Shown in pieces: positions 1 through 16,424 of a stretch of DNA of 64,000 bases (positions are counted from its first letter, which is position 1; each line of letters begins with the position of its first letter). Position numbers and translations under genes: made by a program. The stretch lies in the NCBI GenBank assembly GCA_021613535.1, contig CP075496.1, forward strand, positions 6,758,001 to 6,822,000, in the 5' to 3' direction. The stretch comes from Adineta vaga (lineage: Eukaryota > Animalia > Rotifera). The notes under the pieces were generated by a model. It was not told the DNA's origin. It made no database searches and was given only the letters and a program-made list of their open reading frames with translations.

Positions 1-3000
1 GTGCCTGTCCTTTAATGTACAAATAATACATTTAATTAATCTGTCAACTATCAGCTTTTATTCTCTTAAAAACTCACCTGAATAACACTTTTGATGGAAA
101 AGTAACGAACAATCAGTAATATAAAATCATTTCGGTCATGAATAGAAAATGTTACCTTTTGAAAATAAATGATTCTATTTAAATATCTCTTTATAACAAA
201 ACTACGAAATATCTATCCTGATGTTCTCTTTGACTCATATGATAGGTATTCGCTTAAAATTTTGTTTTCTCTGATTCTTCTTTCATGTAGAGTTTGAAAG
301 ATAACCTGAAATATTTTGTTTATGTGCACATATTTAAATATTTCTGTTCTGTTTGTCATCGTAACAAACTTAAATGACTTCAAAGAACATTAAATATAAA
401 AAATATGTAGTTAATTCTATTTGAATTTTGAAGAAAAAAAATGAAGAAAACGTAAAATACCGGTTATTTTTATGTGCACCCTAGGAAGTATCGCGTGATG
501 TCTTTGTCTATGGATTTTAATGACTACCTGTATTCGCAGAATACATACATGATTATACATCAATTTCTTTTTAATTTTTTATTATTGGAAAGTCACATTG
601 TTGCGTGTCGTAGTTAAAAATGATAAAAGAAATAAAAATAGTCAAAATCATCTATGCTAATAATAGAAATTTCAAAGAGAATCTCCCCCTTTTTTTGTCC
701 TAGTTTATCGAAGAATAACGAAAGACGCATGTGTTTTTACGAGTATTCTCAAGTACATTCATGATGACCGCTTTACTTTCGTTTCCAACAGATATGACGT
801 CATTCGTTGTTCGCAGAAGATATTTTAGAGATTTCAGATTAATATCCTTTAGCTTTTCATTTTCTTCACTTACTTAGACTCTTTCATATTCAATGTCAAC
901 AAGAAAGAATATTTGCAAATAGTAGTCTCTTGTAAAAAAAAGTCATCTTATCAATAATAGACATAGTAAATCTACATAGATTCAATGTAATACTTCATCG
1001 AGAGGTATATTCAAGTAGTATGGAAATTTCTTCTGTGTCAGTCTGGATGAGAAAAGAAAAAAGAATGAAATCTATTAGATTGAATGAATACATAACCTTG
1101 AAATATTTCTAAACAAAATACCGTGGATATACGAAACTAAAAAATATTCTCTCGATGATAATAATTTCGAATTGCTCGATCGAACGTCTGAACGAAAATG
1201 TACATACATGACGAAATGAAATAACCTTGTCATTTAATGGTCTCTTTTCTTTTTCTTCAATTTCTCTTCATTTTTCTTTTTAGTTGCCATCAACTTATTT
1301 GTTAGTTTTGGTTAATGAGAAAAAAATTCGATTTTAACGATAATTTAAAGCTAATTTACTGCGATTAGTTTTCAAAAAATACAGGAATTCTTTAATAAAA
1401 TAAGTGATTCTATCATTTTTTCTGTATCATAGAACACAACACTAAGTCGATAAATAATCGTTGATAGGAACATGAAATTGTGTACGATACCTGTTCTTTT
1501 ATTTTTCGTTTATTGAATACCACTTGAATGAGAGAACTTGTTGTTTAAACACTTGAAACTTACTATCAGTAAGATAGAATGAAAGATTTTTTTACAGTTA
1601 GTTTTTCATAGAACGAACTCCAAGAAGATTTCTGTTGAATCTCATATCAATAGAATGAAACATGAATTGTGAAGTGAAAGAGAGAGAAAGAAAAGAAGAA
1701 ACGAGAGATTACTGATTCAAGCGAGCATCGATAGTACAAAAACTATAATTTTCTCTTCTCGTTTTTTCTCTTCTTTTTCTCATCGTATAAGCAAACAAAG
1801 AAAACAAGCTCACATCATTATATTTGTTATGTCTACAAAGACTTTTGTCATAGATCGATTCGGAAATGTACACAAACTTTGCACAATAAATATTCGACCG
1901 ATTCTTACTGATGCATTACTTTTCTTTTCATATGAATCTAATCAATCGTTCTCGGCAATCTAAGTATTGCTTTCCGTCGATAGATTAGTCAAAAATTGAT
2001 TCGTTAACTATATTCATCGACTAGGAATAAGTGTTTGAAAAGAGACTTTTTTCAGTTGATTTTGATTGAATTTCAGATATGTTTTCTTTTCAATCAAATT
2101 GTTAAAACATATATTTGATCAAGAATTCAATTTTATATTAGAAGATCAATAGATAGGACAAAATAGAGACCGTAGAAGAAAAGCAAATACTCCAAAAGTC
2201 TAATATTTTTTTTGCACGACGAGTCTGTTTTGTGAAATATTATTCTTTAGACTTCCGAGAGTTCTTATCAATTAAACATCAATCATTTCCTAGATTTTTC
2301 TTTTCAGCAAGCTCTTTTCTGTAAGCAGAAATACATTCACAATGTCATGACGATTCCCTTCAATTGGTAAAGGTGATTGACAGTATAAACATTTGATTAG
2401 TCAACATTACCGATCTTTTCAGTTTCATATATAAATGCACTTTTTTTGGCTTATATTGATTTGTTCCCAACGAGTATTTCTTCATGACATACAGACACTT
2501 TTGTTTGAGTATTCTTTTCTCGACAAACTACCTACGCTTGTCATAAAAATCAATTCTTCAAAGTCATGCATTGCTCAAGATATTCATACGTCATGCTGAA
2601 TTACAAATAATTCTTAATAAAGTTCGTAGGTGAACGTTGCTATAATTGACTAAGCGTATAGCATGCCTGAAACGACATTTTTTTAATAACTATTATTCGA
2701 AAGCTAGTAAACAACTATAAAAGCATTCTCTACTTTTCCTATTGATTACTTTTTTTTATCGCTGTTGGTGTATCTCTATACGGATACTAATAGATTGAAA
2801 AACGCTGTATTTTCATATTGTTTTTCCTTTCCTCAGAGCTTGTCTGAGTTTAAAATGTAACTCAAAGTTCAGAAGTAATGATTGTAAAATGTCACGAAGC
2901 AAATAAATCACGGTGTTTTCTTCTTTGAAACGTTGGACAAATTGACATCTGGAAAAGAAAAAAAGAAAAGAATGAGCATGTTTTTGTAAATGGTAAATCT

Positions 3001-3504
3001 ATTTTGATCGTTTTCAATGCGTTCGATTGATTAATGATCGATTTCTATTATTGTAATGCACGTCGAATGATTGATAAACAATTGTGACATAGACAAATCA
3101 GTTTTTTATGGCAAAACAAATATCGATTTGTGAATCAAAACAAGATTTTGATAGTAAAATATCTTTTCTTATCTTATATGTTTCATAATACATACATACA
3201 TGTTCATTTCCTTAAAAAAAACTTTGGGTATCTCTAGTTCAACTAAATATGATTCAAGGAGTTGTTGGTAATCCAATCAAATTTATTTGTATGACAAGAG
3301 AAAGAATTCACCTACAACAAGAATCTTGTTCATTGACGTACACACAAACATACATAACAACCAAGTGAAACACACAAAGAGAGAAGAAGAAAAAACACAA
3401 ATCCGAAAGTGTGTAACAATATATATGGAACAGACAACAACAAAACAAAAGAAAGGAGAGAGAATTCTTATTCAGTCATGTGTTTCATCAAATGAATATC
3501 TTGT

Positions 3505-4298
3505 TTAAATGGGTTGAATCTTGAAGTGTAAACTAATAAGCGAGAAGACAAAGCATTTTAAATCTTGTACCAAATAATAAAAACAACGTAAACCATCAGG
3601 ATCACGACTGTTATTGATATCGATTAATGAACCAATTTTCGATGTTGTAAATGATATATGTTCATCACCGAGAACAATTTCAAGTTCTTGACGACCCGTA
3701 CGATCTTGTGGTGGCCTAAGAGAAAAAAAAAGATACACTCAGTTCATCTTAGTTAAGACGCAAAAGATATTTCTAGATCGATGATTTCTGATAATCAATC
3801 GGAAAAAATAAATTGCTTTTCCATCACTCATAATACTATCAATCAGTATTCACTATAACGTAAAACCGGTTAATATGATTAAAATTTATCAGAGAGTACC
3901 CACTGATAATTCAATGCTTTTGTTTGAAAATAGTATTATCATTCTAGTTTCATGAATCATCACTAAAATGTCTTTTCCCGGTAGAAATAGATCTTATTAT
4001 TTGATTGATTAGTGAAGAAAAAGTGCTAATTTGTAATTGAGCAATATATTCAAACTTACCAAACAGCATCATCTTCTTTCATAACATCAGATTCACTGAC
4101 AATTCTTTTGAGTTCTTCAATAACAGCTCGATTAACATAAACTTCTTTACGAATCAATGTGTCTTTTTTATAATTCGAGTTATTTGCATAACGTAATTTT
4201 CCATCAGGTCGAAATTCAAATTCAAGAAATTCATGGCCAAATTTCCCTTTATGTCCTACATAATATCGTAGATAGAAGTCATCAGTTGATTCAGCCAT
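3505..4298 (-). CDS. mago: Mago nashi (exon junction complex core), 2 exons: 4298-4060 and 3715-3505
   Basis: [38 protein letters not shown]...[32 protein letters not shown]. The GT-AG intron 4059-3716 splits the Trp codon (TG|G). Confidence 0.98.
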
Positions 4299-5570
4299 TG
4301 TTGTTTTTCAATATGGTATCTAAAATCAATGAATTTTTATTTTAAATGAAATATTCAAAGCAACAAATTTCAATAAACAGAAGTGCCATCTACGATGAAT
4401 CATTATGTCTTTATCTCAATCAAGAACGAATCAAAACCATCGGTCAAACAATCATATGACACGAAAAATATTTTTTGAAAAAAGGACATCATTATAAATA
4501 GAATAATATAAACTTTCGAAAAAACCATTTAAACGATTTTTGTTGATTAATACATATCTGAATAGTGGCGGCATCTTCAAAAAATCGAATGTGTATACGC
4601 CCTATTTAGATAAATTGATTGTACAAATGTATTTCTATATCTGCTAGTGATTTAGACATAGACGATCTAGAAGTTATTTTTCAAGTAGGTTTTTACATTA
4701 GATTTGTCTACATCAACTAAACTTTGTATTGTGAGTGAAGAATCAAAATCTTTATTTATCTGCATGACTTTCAATATGATTTAGTAAAACTCTCGTCTAT
4801 GATCGAAATATTGCCTTCATTATGGAATAGATATCTAAAAAATCTTCAAGTCTGTGATGAAAAGTGGCAACATACAACTATAAAATCTTGCATTCACAGT
4901 TATATTATTATAATATAATGATTTTGCGCCGTATACTATTTCCTACAGCATCTTGTTTTTTCAACATGAGAAATAATTCTGTGTGTATCGTACACTAGTG
5001 TCATCTATACGACTCAAACAAAAATTTATTATTTTCTAGAATGAGAAATAAAACGAACCTTTGTTGATAATTTCTTTTCCAATATCACAGAGATTCAACT
5101 AGAACAGAAGATATATTTTATATTAAAGATGACTAAGTACAAACAATCATTGTTCTCTGCGCATACTAGTATAAAAGTCTTCATTTTTTTTTCGAAACGG
5201 TTATTATTCAATGATTGAATCGAAGCAGTCTAGTCTAAGATAACTCTGCTATACAGAAGAATATTCTCGACGAAACGCGTCGGCTGTAGAAAAACAGCTT
5301 GTTTTTCGTTTTTATTTTCTTTCTTACTTAGGCTCTGTAAGCATATGATAGGTTGAATCTAACATTTTGAATGAATCATATTCGCTTAGTTTCAGTCTAT
5401 AGATTCATTTTTATCTAATACCATTGTTGTGCAATGTATACACGTAGTCATACGGCAATTTCCATCATGGATAACAGAGGTAATACACATGAGAATAAAC
5501 TTCACTGATTATATAGAAGGAAACAAGATTTCATATAAATTGCAGAAAAACAAAGCCTATCGTATTTTAG

Positions 5571-8500
5571 ATGACAACCACCGACCAAGCCAAAACTTCT
5601 GTAATCCATTTTCCCTATCAATCTATTCAGTTCATCGCTGATTCTAATCAATGTCAGCATTTGGCAGATGATTCAGTTAAATATTTAGCTCTGGAAGCGT
5701 CTGGTATGGTTCGATTTCTATTACAAGTAAATTGAGAAAGAAAAACAATGAACTGTTTCAAATGAAATTTTTTTCTTCTTAGGATGCATTAAAATTCACT
5801 AGAAAATGTCGTCGAACAAAAATGATAACAGAAGATTTTGAATCTGCAATGAAAATGCGATACTTAGAAGTAAAATATTTCCAATCAAACAAATATCATA
5901 TGTATATTTTTGTTCATTTAGCCAGCTGTAGGATTTCGTCTATCAAATGGAAATTTACCATTTAAAACAACGACAGCAGCAGGAATGAGTCATCGAGAAG
6001 TTCAATGTATTGATGATCATGAAATACAACTTGATCAAGTTATAGCAGCACCACTACCGAAAGTACCTTTAGATATTTCGATACGAAGTAAACTTGTTAT
6101 TTATGAAGTTGAGCAGAAAAAGAATTATGTTCCATGTCGTTTTTTTTCCTTTTCTCAGCTCATTGGCTTGCGATAGAGGGTAAACAACCAACAATCAATG
6201 AAAATCCGGAAATTATTTCCAAAGCTGATTTAACAACTGATTCATTAGATCCTGTGAGAGTTTTAGAAAGATGTCTAGTTCAAAACTTATTTCGTAATAT
6301 TTATCTTTCAGATGAAATCGCTAACAAAAAAACGATATAATCTTGATGCATCAAAGATTAAAACATCAAATCCACATGAACTTTCATTGGTAAGATTAGA
6401 AGACATCAATACGATGAAAAGATCAGAAAACTTATGAAACAAAATTAGTTTGCGATATGGTAGTATATAGTCTTATGTCATGATCTCTTTTTAGGAACAA
6501 CAAATTTATTACAAAGAAATAACCGAAGCATGCGTTGGTTCAGAAGAGCAAAAACGCACAGTATGTTTGATATTATTACAAACTGAACGATTTATAGAGA
6601 TATCTTATATTATAGGAAGCTATTGCTAGTTTATCGACAGAAACAGGTCTTCATCAAATCTTACCTCGAATTGTTTTATTTATTTCGGAGGGCGTTAAAG
6701 TAAATTTAATGCAATATAATCTAGCAATACTGATCTATTTAATGAGAATGACAAGTGCTTTGCTTGATAATAAATCTCTATATTGCGAGAAATATGTAAG
6801 TAGAAAGAAATTCTCATCAACATTTTTTTGAAACAAGCGATTGTATTTTATTCATAATTTTTTCTCCAGTTACATCAATTATTTCCCGCGATAATGTCAT
6901 GCATTTTGGCAAAACAATTGTGTGTTCGACCGGATGCAGATAATCATTGGGCATTGCGTGATTATGCCGCATCACGTTGTGCACAAATGGTCAAGTTAGT
7001 ATACAATTTTTGCTGATAAAAGAATGCATTAATAATACTGTTCTTTAGAATGTTTTCAACCAATATTCATGGTTTACGTAATCGTATTGTACGCATTTTT
7101 CGACGGACATTTCATAGCGAACGCTTACCATTGGTAACTCATTATGGAGCACTCGTTGGCTTGTGTGAAATGGGCCAGGAAGTAATTCAAACAAAGAAAA
7201 ATGTATATAATAAATGAAATTCGTTACTTTTCATTGTAGACGATTGAAGAAATATTATTTCCTATAATAAGAACATTGGGTGATCGAATAGTAAAAACAC
7301 TAGAAAATCCTTCAATATCACCGATTGATAAAATAACCATTGATCGAATCAATGGTGTGATAGCTGTAAGTTTAATCGATTTTTCCTACCAAGTTTATTC
7401 ACTGAGTTTTGAATTCTTTGTAGAAATATGTTCCAACTGTTTACCGTGCATCGCGGCAACCTCCAGATGATATTGAACATTTTAAACAGGAATTTGGTAA
7501 TTTCTATGGACAACGTTTGTTTACACAAGTTAGTCAACTGCGTCAACAACCAAGATCTACCACTCAACCCACACAGGTGAGTGAATCAACTAGATATTAT
7601 TAGACCCACCTGAATGATGAATATCGATGAATGAATAAAATATCTATTGTTCTATTAGTCACTCTGCGCAACCGAGAGAGTATAAAAAGGATAGGATTAA
7701 GAGATAAATATTCATAATAAATAAACATGTCGGAAAGTAAAATCGAAACTTCAACTTATTCAACAACTACTGTTGAACGTCATTCATCGCCAGTTATCTG
7801 TGATCAATCGCGCAATGATGATGTCTTCTATGCATCGAAAACGTTAAGTCATTCAGATATGGATTTATCGCAACAACAAGAATATATGGAAGAATTTCAT
7901 TCACCATCAGCAATCGATATCAGTCACAATAAATTTAGTCATCTGGACACTTGTCAACGCTCTTTATCTACTAATGCGTTGGATCAATTGGTCAATCAAA
8001 CTATATCGACAGATATTAATCAATATCCTCTAAATAGAGATCAATATCCGGAACATATACGTCGTCATAATAATAATCAAATAACTTATAAACAAGATGT
8101 ATCTGTACGTTATTTACAACCACCAACTCCACCACCACCAGGTCCTCTAATTGTTCGTGAAATTCGAGCTCCTCAACTTCCTGAAGCTCCTCCATTAGTC
8201 ATTCGTCAAAGACCTCCAGTTTCTATAACTCCACCACCTATTATTATTCGTGAACGTCCACCAGTTCCACCCCCTACGGTACCGAGTCGTGTTGTTCATA
8301 AATATTTACCAGCTCCTCCACCACCTCCCCGCCGAGTAATTATCGAGCGACAAGTACCTCTTCCACCAAAGCCTCAACCAGTTATCATTGAAAAATGGCT
8401 TCCCTATCGAACACCACAGAAACAACGCGTTATCGTTGAATCAGCACCACCAATAATTCCTAGACCTCAACAAAAAAATACAATCATTACCTACGATGCT

Positions 8501-9389
8501 CCTCATGTTAATGTTGTGAAGAATATTCATGATCTTGGTACCGTACGTGTCGATCCTCATATGTATGTTGCTCAATATGATTCACAACTAGCATCCAGTG
8601 AATATGTTTTAAACTCTATGGCAAAATTTGGTGTTGGAAATAATTATATGAAAATGATTCAAATGCAAGCAATGAATCAGAATTTAAATAATCATCAATC
8701 AATGACTTATGACGAATGTCGTTCAGTAAATACATACCAGCCTCAATTTGCAGATCATTACCATTATCTGACGAAACATGTTGAAGAAATTATATTACCT
8801 GATGGTAGTCGAAAACGTCGTTCGAGTATTAGCGGTTCCAATGAACAAGAAGTTCTACAACAAGCATTGATCGTTAATTAAATATAGACTCGAATTTATT
8901 TAAGAAAACACAATACTTTCTATTTATTCACGCGATATACTAAAACCAATTGTTTTTGTTTTTCACTCAATAATTATTTCTATAACAGTCATGAAGTATG
9001 AAATAAAACTATTAATATAGTAATACTTAGTAGTCATATACAGTCATAGATTTTTCGAGATCATTCTATATTGTTTGCATCAGAATTAAATCGTTATTTT
9101 CAAGATTGCGAAATTCATCGAATCTATCTGATTATATCTTAATTTTAAATTAATTTCATTTATTATTTATTAGAATCGTCAATTTTCACCATCATCTGGT
9201 TCGGGAGCACGTTCATCAAAATTTCCACCAGGTCAAGCATCACCATCCTCTCATCATTCGAATGCTAGTTCAATGAATTCATCTCAATCGCCAGCTCGAT
9301 CAATGAATTCTTCTTCATCGAAACAACATCCTCAATCCTCAACAGTTTCATTAACACCAGCTAATAGTCATGAAAATGTTATTTTGTAA
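5571..9389 (+). CDS. TAF6: Transcription initiation factor TFIID subunit 6, multi-exon; predicted last exon 9174-9389 follows a 1.6 kb intron
   Basis: Spliced product has a histone fold ([14 protein letters not shown]), [59 protein letters not shown] and [13 protein letters not shown]. The phase-0 donor CAG|gtgagt at 7576 matches a phase-0 acceptor at 9173 opening a Ser/Pro-rich exon. The last exon is less certain than the gene identity. Confidence 0.92.
7681..7687 (+). promoter_or_regulatory. TATA box of the nested proline-rich gene
   Basis: TATAAAA starts 46 nt upstream of the ATG at 7727. An AATAAA lies downstream of the ORF at 9002. Confidence 0.6.
7727..8881 (+). CDS. Intronless 384-aa proline-rich protein of unknown function with repeated (V/I)(V/I)-(R/E) strands separated by polyproline linkers, nested in the TAF6 intron
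   Basis: Long uninterrupted ORF with its own TATA box and polyA signal. Core: [40 protein letters not shown]...[10 protein letters not shown]...PRRVIIERQ...[12 protein letters not shown]. Confidence 0.88.
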   Translation: MSESKIETSTYSTTTVERHSSPVICDQSRNDDVFYASKTLSHSDMDLSQQQEYMEEFHSPSAIDISHNKFSHLDTCQRSLSTNALDQLVNQTISTDINQYPLNRDQYPEHIRRHNNNQITYKQDVSVRYLQPPTPPPPGPLIVREIRAPQLPEAPPLVIRQRPPVSITPPPIIIRERPPVPPPTVPSRVVHKYLPAPPPPPRRVIIERQVPLPPKPQPVIIEKWLPYRTPQKQRVIVESAPPIIPRPQQKNTIITYDAPHVNVVKNIHDLGTVRVDPHMYVAQYDSQLASSEYVLNSMAKFGVGNNYMKMIQMQAMNQNLNNHQSMTYDECRSVNTYQPQFADHYHYLTKHVEEIILPDGSRKRRSSISGSNEQEVLQQALIVN

Positions 9390-9538
9390 AAAAAATATTT
9401 AGGACAATATTTGTGTCTTTGTTTATACGATTTCTTTTGCCGTTTTCTTTGTTCTCGTCTCTATCTGAAAGTATATTTGTAGATTTATTCAATATTTCAT
9501 TTTACATTTTAAAAAAAAAAAAGTTAAAACAATATTAA

Positions 9539-12280
<2,742 letters not shown>

Positions 12281-12761
12281 ACAGCAATAATTGATTTTAA
12301 ATAAACTTTTTTTCCTCTTTAAATACATATTTCAAAATATGTTCCTAACCTTTTGGAAAACATTCAAAAACTCTATTGTATTTATATATGTTCTTTTTTT
12401 CACCAATTTATGTTGTGTGTGCACATTGGTTGCTCAGCAACTTTGGTCATTATATGCGCAGAATAAAAAAAAAGTCTAGAGATCATTTCACATTCATATT
12501 GTTATATTCTCGCTACTAATGGCATTGTGTTCAATTTCTTTTCTCTTATTGTTATCATATCTTCTTTAGTTCATTTTTCTCCTTCTATTATTTCTTTTAA
12601 AACTAAAATAAAGTTCAAGCAAGCAGAAATATTGCAGAGAACACGTATATCGTTAGAAAAAATTAAAATAATTGAAAATATATTTGATCTTATTGTATGT
12701 TTGCTATTCTTTGATAGTACAGATAAATTATGAGAAGAATAGGCGCTTTTACTTTTTTCAT

Positions 12762-14047
12762 ATGGAAGAACAAAAACTACCAATTGGTATTGATTCTGAA
12801 ATCGCACATGTTCAATCAGAAATCGATCGAGTTGATGCAATATTCACTGTTCCTACTGGACCCATGGGTCATCAAGAAATAAATTATCATATTATTGATG
12901 AAGAACGAAAACAATCTATTCCTCGTACATCATTAACAATCAAATCTTCGCAAGTAAAGGTGCACACAGCTAATACTGATGACTCTGAAATACTGAATAA
13001 ATCTTCAGATAATCATAGTAAATCAACTTCTTATAGTTAGTCGTCGGAAATATTTTTTTAGTATTAAATCACGTGGCACATCATCAAACATCTGATGATA
13101 ATGATAGAAAAGCTCGATTTTTATTACCTGAAATTGATAGTACGAAACAGTCAGAGAACAAATATCCAACGAAAAAAAGTAAAATAACTTTTACAAAGAA
13201 AGAATTTCTATTCTTCTGAATTCTAGTGTATATCTCATTAAAACAAACACAAAAGGAACAGGTATATTGACTTCAGACTATTTTACATGTAAATTTATAT
13301 CACAAATCTCTCTAGATGAAAAGTAACAAAATAATACATATGCCAAGAAATGAAAGTGAGCAAACATCTTCTCGTTCATCCTGGAATGAAGGGACATTTA
13401 CCATTCCGGAACGTTGTCGTCCTAATATGAACAATATATTACAACAGCAAACTGAAATATTAGTACCTTTTTATACACTCAATGACTTAGCTCAACATAA
13501 TCATTCAACAGATGCATGGATTTGCATATTCGATCGTATATACGATGTTACATCACTTATACAAAAAGTTCAAGGAACTAAATTATATCAACAATTGATT
13601 AGTTATGCCGGTCAAGATATAAGTTTATGGTTCGATGAAATTACACACGAACCACGTAGACGAATCCACCATCAAACATATGAATCGGTTTCAATCATTG
13701 AGAATTTATCTTTACTGCAAGCCGAAGAATTTTTCATTGCTCGCCTATCAACATCTCCTCGCTATATTCGTTTAATACACAGTTTCACTCTTCATCATCC
13801 ATATATAATGGAAGTTGCTGAAGAAGAAACGATCGGACAAATTGCAATCAAATTTCTCAAGTATAATACACATATATTTTCATATATATGGCGATACAAT
13901 GGTCAAATACTTGATTATAATAAAACTCTTACTGAAAATGGTATACCAAATGAAGAATCATTTCATGATAGATATGGTTGGCGATCGGACAATGAAAACT
14001 GTCCAACAATTATTCTTTGCTTTTCTGATGATTTAACGATTGCTTAA
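12762..14047 (+). CDS. CYB5D1: Cytochrome b5 domain-containing protein 1-like (axonemal) with an N-terminal extension; exons about 12762-13017, 13062-13178, 13227-13261, 13316-14047
   Basis: b5 fold (YTLNDLAQHNHSTDAWICIFDRIYDVT...YAGQDISLWFD) plus the family C-terminus (EEETIGQI...YNTHIFSYIWRY...LDYNKTLTENGI...FSDDLT). The upstream exons splice in frame. Confidence 0.85.
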
Positions 14048-14340
14048 GTGTTCGTTTTGAACAGCTCATTCTATGTTAATTGGTGATAAGAGGATTAAAT
14101 GATAGAGATTATTGAGTTATAGTTTTTCAAGGAAACAAAAGAAATCAACATATATATATGTCTATCATTTCTATTCAGACTATTAGTAAATTGTGTCATG
14201 AAATGTTATCAATATTTGTTTTGCGATAAGGAAAAAGAAGCGAATAAGACTCGTCTGATCTTCTCATAAAAATTCCGACATATTTATTATGTTCTCCAAT
14301 CGTTCTCAATTGGAACGAGAAAAGACGAAGATGAAATTTA

Positions 14341-14574
14341 TTACGAATAGATCAAATCATCATGCCATTTACGATCTTCACGATTTTCAACTGACCATGG
14401 TTGATCAAAATCATGAATCGAATTCTTTCGATTATAAATCTCATCATCATTATGTATCTTATCTGTTGATGATGAAGTTTTATCTTGAACAATATTATTA
14501 TGTATAGCTGACTGTTTATAATTATTTAATGAAGTTTGAACTACATTTGTATTACGAATACAAATACTACCCAT
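14341..14574 (-). CDS. Possible small protein beginning MGSIC (candidate N-myristoylation/palmitoylation)
   Basis: 77-aa hydrophilic ORF. Upstream on the same strand are a strong donor (gtaagt near 14918), an acceptor near 14693 and a TATA-like element near 15020. No recognised homology. Confidence 0.35.
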   Translation of the reverse strand: MGSICIRNTNVVQTSLNNYKQSAIHNNIVQDKTSSSTDKIHNDDEIYNRKNSIHDFDQPWSVENREDRKWHDDLIYS

Positions 14575-16424
14575 TACTATCTAGCGCCAATTCTTTACTT
14601 TTCTTCATTGCATGAGCAAATAGACAATATGTAAATGATTTGCAACACTCCATAAGCGCATTAGAAGTCTGTCAAATGCTATACACATCAATCTAAATAG
14701 AACGAAGAAAAAACGTAAATCGATTGAGTATAAAAAAATGAAGAAGAAAGAGTTTATTTCAAATCTAGCGTAGACAATGACGAAGTCGTTTAGATAATTC
14801 GTACCAGACCAATGCATTTACAGTTTCTTATTAATCGCGTGCAAAAACACTACCTGGCACGAACAATCGAACGTGAATGCTTATTTTATATGAATTCTAT
14901 GATTTGATTGTGACTTACCATTGTGCAAGACATATCCATATTAAATCGTTAATCATCAATTAAATGGATTAGTTGAACAAACTATCTTCACATGATGTTG
15001 AATGAAAATTTTGTCATTTATACTATATAAAAATGCAATTAAATTCAGACTTCTATACTCGTTCTTCTTCTTGATCAAACTATAGAACGAAAATTATAGA
15101 GGTATGAAAAAGAGAGAAGTGGAAGAGAGAAAAAGAGAGACAGAGACAGAGAAAAAAAGACACTGCAAACTAAGGCACTATTTCAATTCTTTTTTATGGC
15201 AGGCAGTGTGCGTAATACCTCTTTCTCTCTCTCTCTCCATCCTATATACTTCTCATAACAAAGAGGGTTATATCGATAACATTACAGCACTCAGTTTTTT
15301 ATTATCACTATGAGAGAGAGAAAGCTTAGTATATGTATGTGTCGATTCAATTTTATTATCATCACCATAGGGTGATTTTGATTGACTCAATCGAAATCGA
15401 GTCAGCTGTGTGTACACACTAAACTTCTTTTTGCGTGGTTTATTGAAGTTGATTTTTCTCGTTGACATCTACATCATTGTCGTTTTCTTCCTCTTACGAC
15501 AATGACGATGATGTATAAGAGTGCCATTGGAGATGTTTTTTTACCTGACTCGTTGTTGTTAATAAAACTATATAACTTGAAGATCGTTCTCTTATGTTAT
15601 AGATCAACCCATTCCTTTTTTGCTTTATATATATATAGTTGCTATATGCTCTATTCTTTCCTTTTTACCAGTCACATTGCTTTGATGTACACACTTGTGT
15701 ACGTGCTTAAATTGTGCAAGTAGTAATAGCAGAAAAAGTAATCCGACCGAGAGAAGATCAACGATAGAGAAAAGAAGAGGGAGAGAGAGAGAGTAATTTG
15801 AAAAAGACGAACAGCTGCAATCAACAATTTTTCTCTCTGTCTCTCTTTCACCTATTGAATTTCCTCTTCTTCTATCCGTCATTTTATTCTACACGAATCT
15901 CAAGACCTTCTCTTACCTACCACTTATGTTCTTATCAGATTATATAAATATGCAAGAGAAAGAGAAAAATTGGCATTATTTATGTGCAATGAAATCTCTC
16001 CTCGTCTCTCGTTTTTTTCTCTTTCGTTTCTCCTAATTTTGTCGGTTTTTATTTGATATTGATATCCTTTTTCATTAGTTGTGTATGTATGTGTGCAAAT
16101 GAAAGAAACAGAGACAGAGAAAGAAAAAGAAAAACTCATGACAAAATACTTTATTCTTCTTTCTCTTCTAAACTTTATTAGTATGAGATTGCAAAACAGA
16201 CTTCCTAACAACAGAAAATCAGCACGTACTGCTTGATTTTTTATACGGTTAACCTTTATCGATAAATAACATGAACATATTCAATTCCACTAGAATTAAG
16301 TTTGATTTTAAATACAGTTCAATATATGTATTATATTTATTTCATTCAATAAGAAAGACAAAAAAAAAGAACAAAACAATCATTTGGACGGAATGAATAA
16401 GAATATGTATACATTTCGAAATGA

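Noticed and set aside
755-840. C-box-like ATGATGA suggesting a C/D snoRNA
   Set aside because: No properly placed CTGA D box or terminal stem.
1-3280. Gene-free 3 kb, including a possible transposon-end motif (accggttatttttatgtgcacccta, about 458-483)
   Set aside because: No matching inverted partner or transposase remnant was found in the window, and no ORF or consistent exon chain.
3287-3508. 73-aa plus-strand ORF
   Set aside because: Antisense to the mago 3'UTR, low complexity, and starts at a non-ATG codon.
15100-16250. Several short ORFs in a GA/CT-rich region
   Set aside because: Translations of microsatellite-like regulatory DNA with no recognisable motifs or splice chain.
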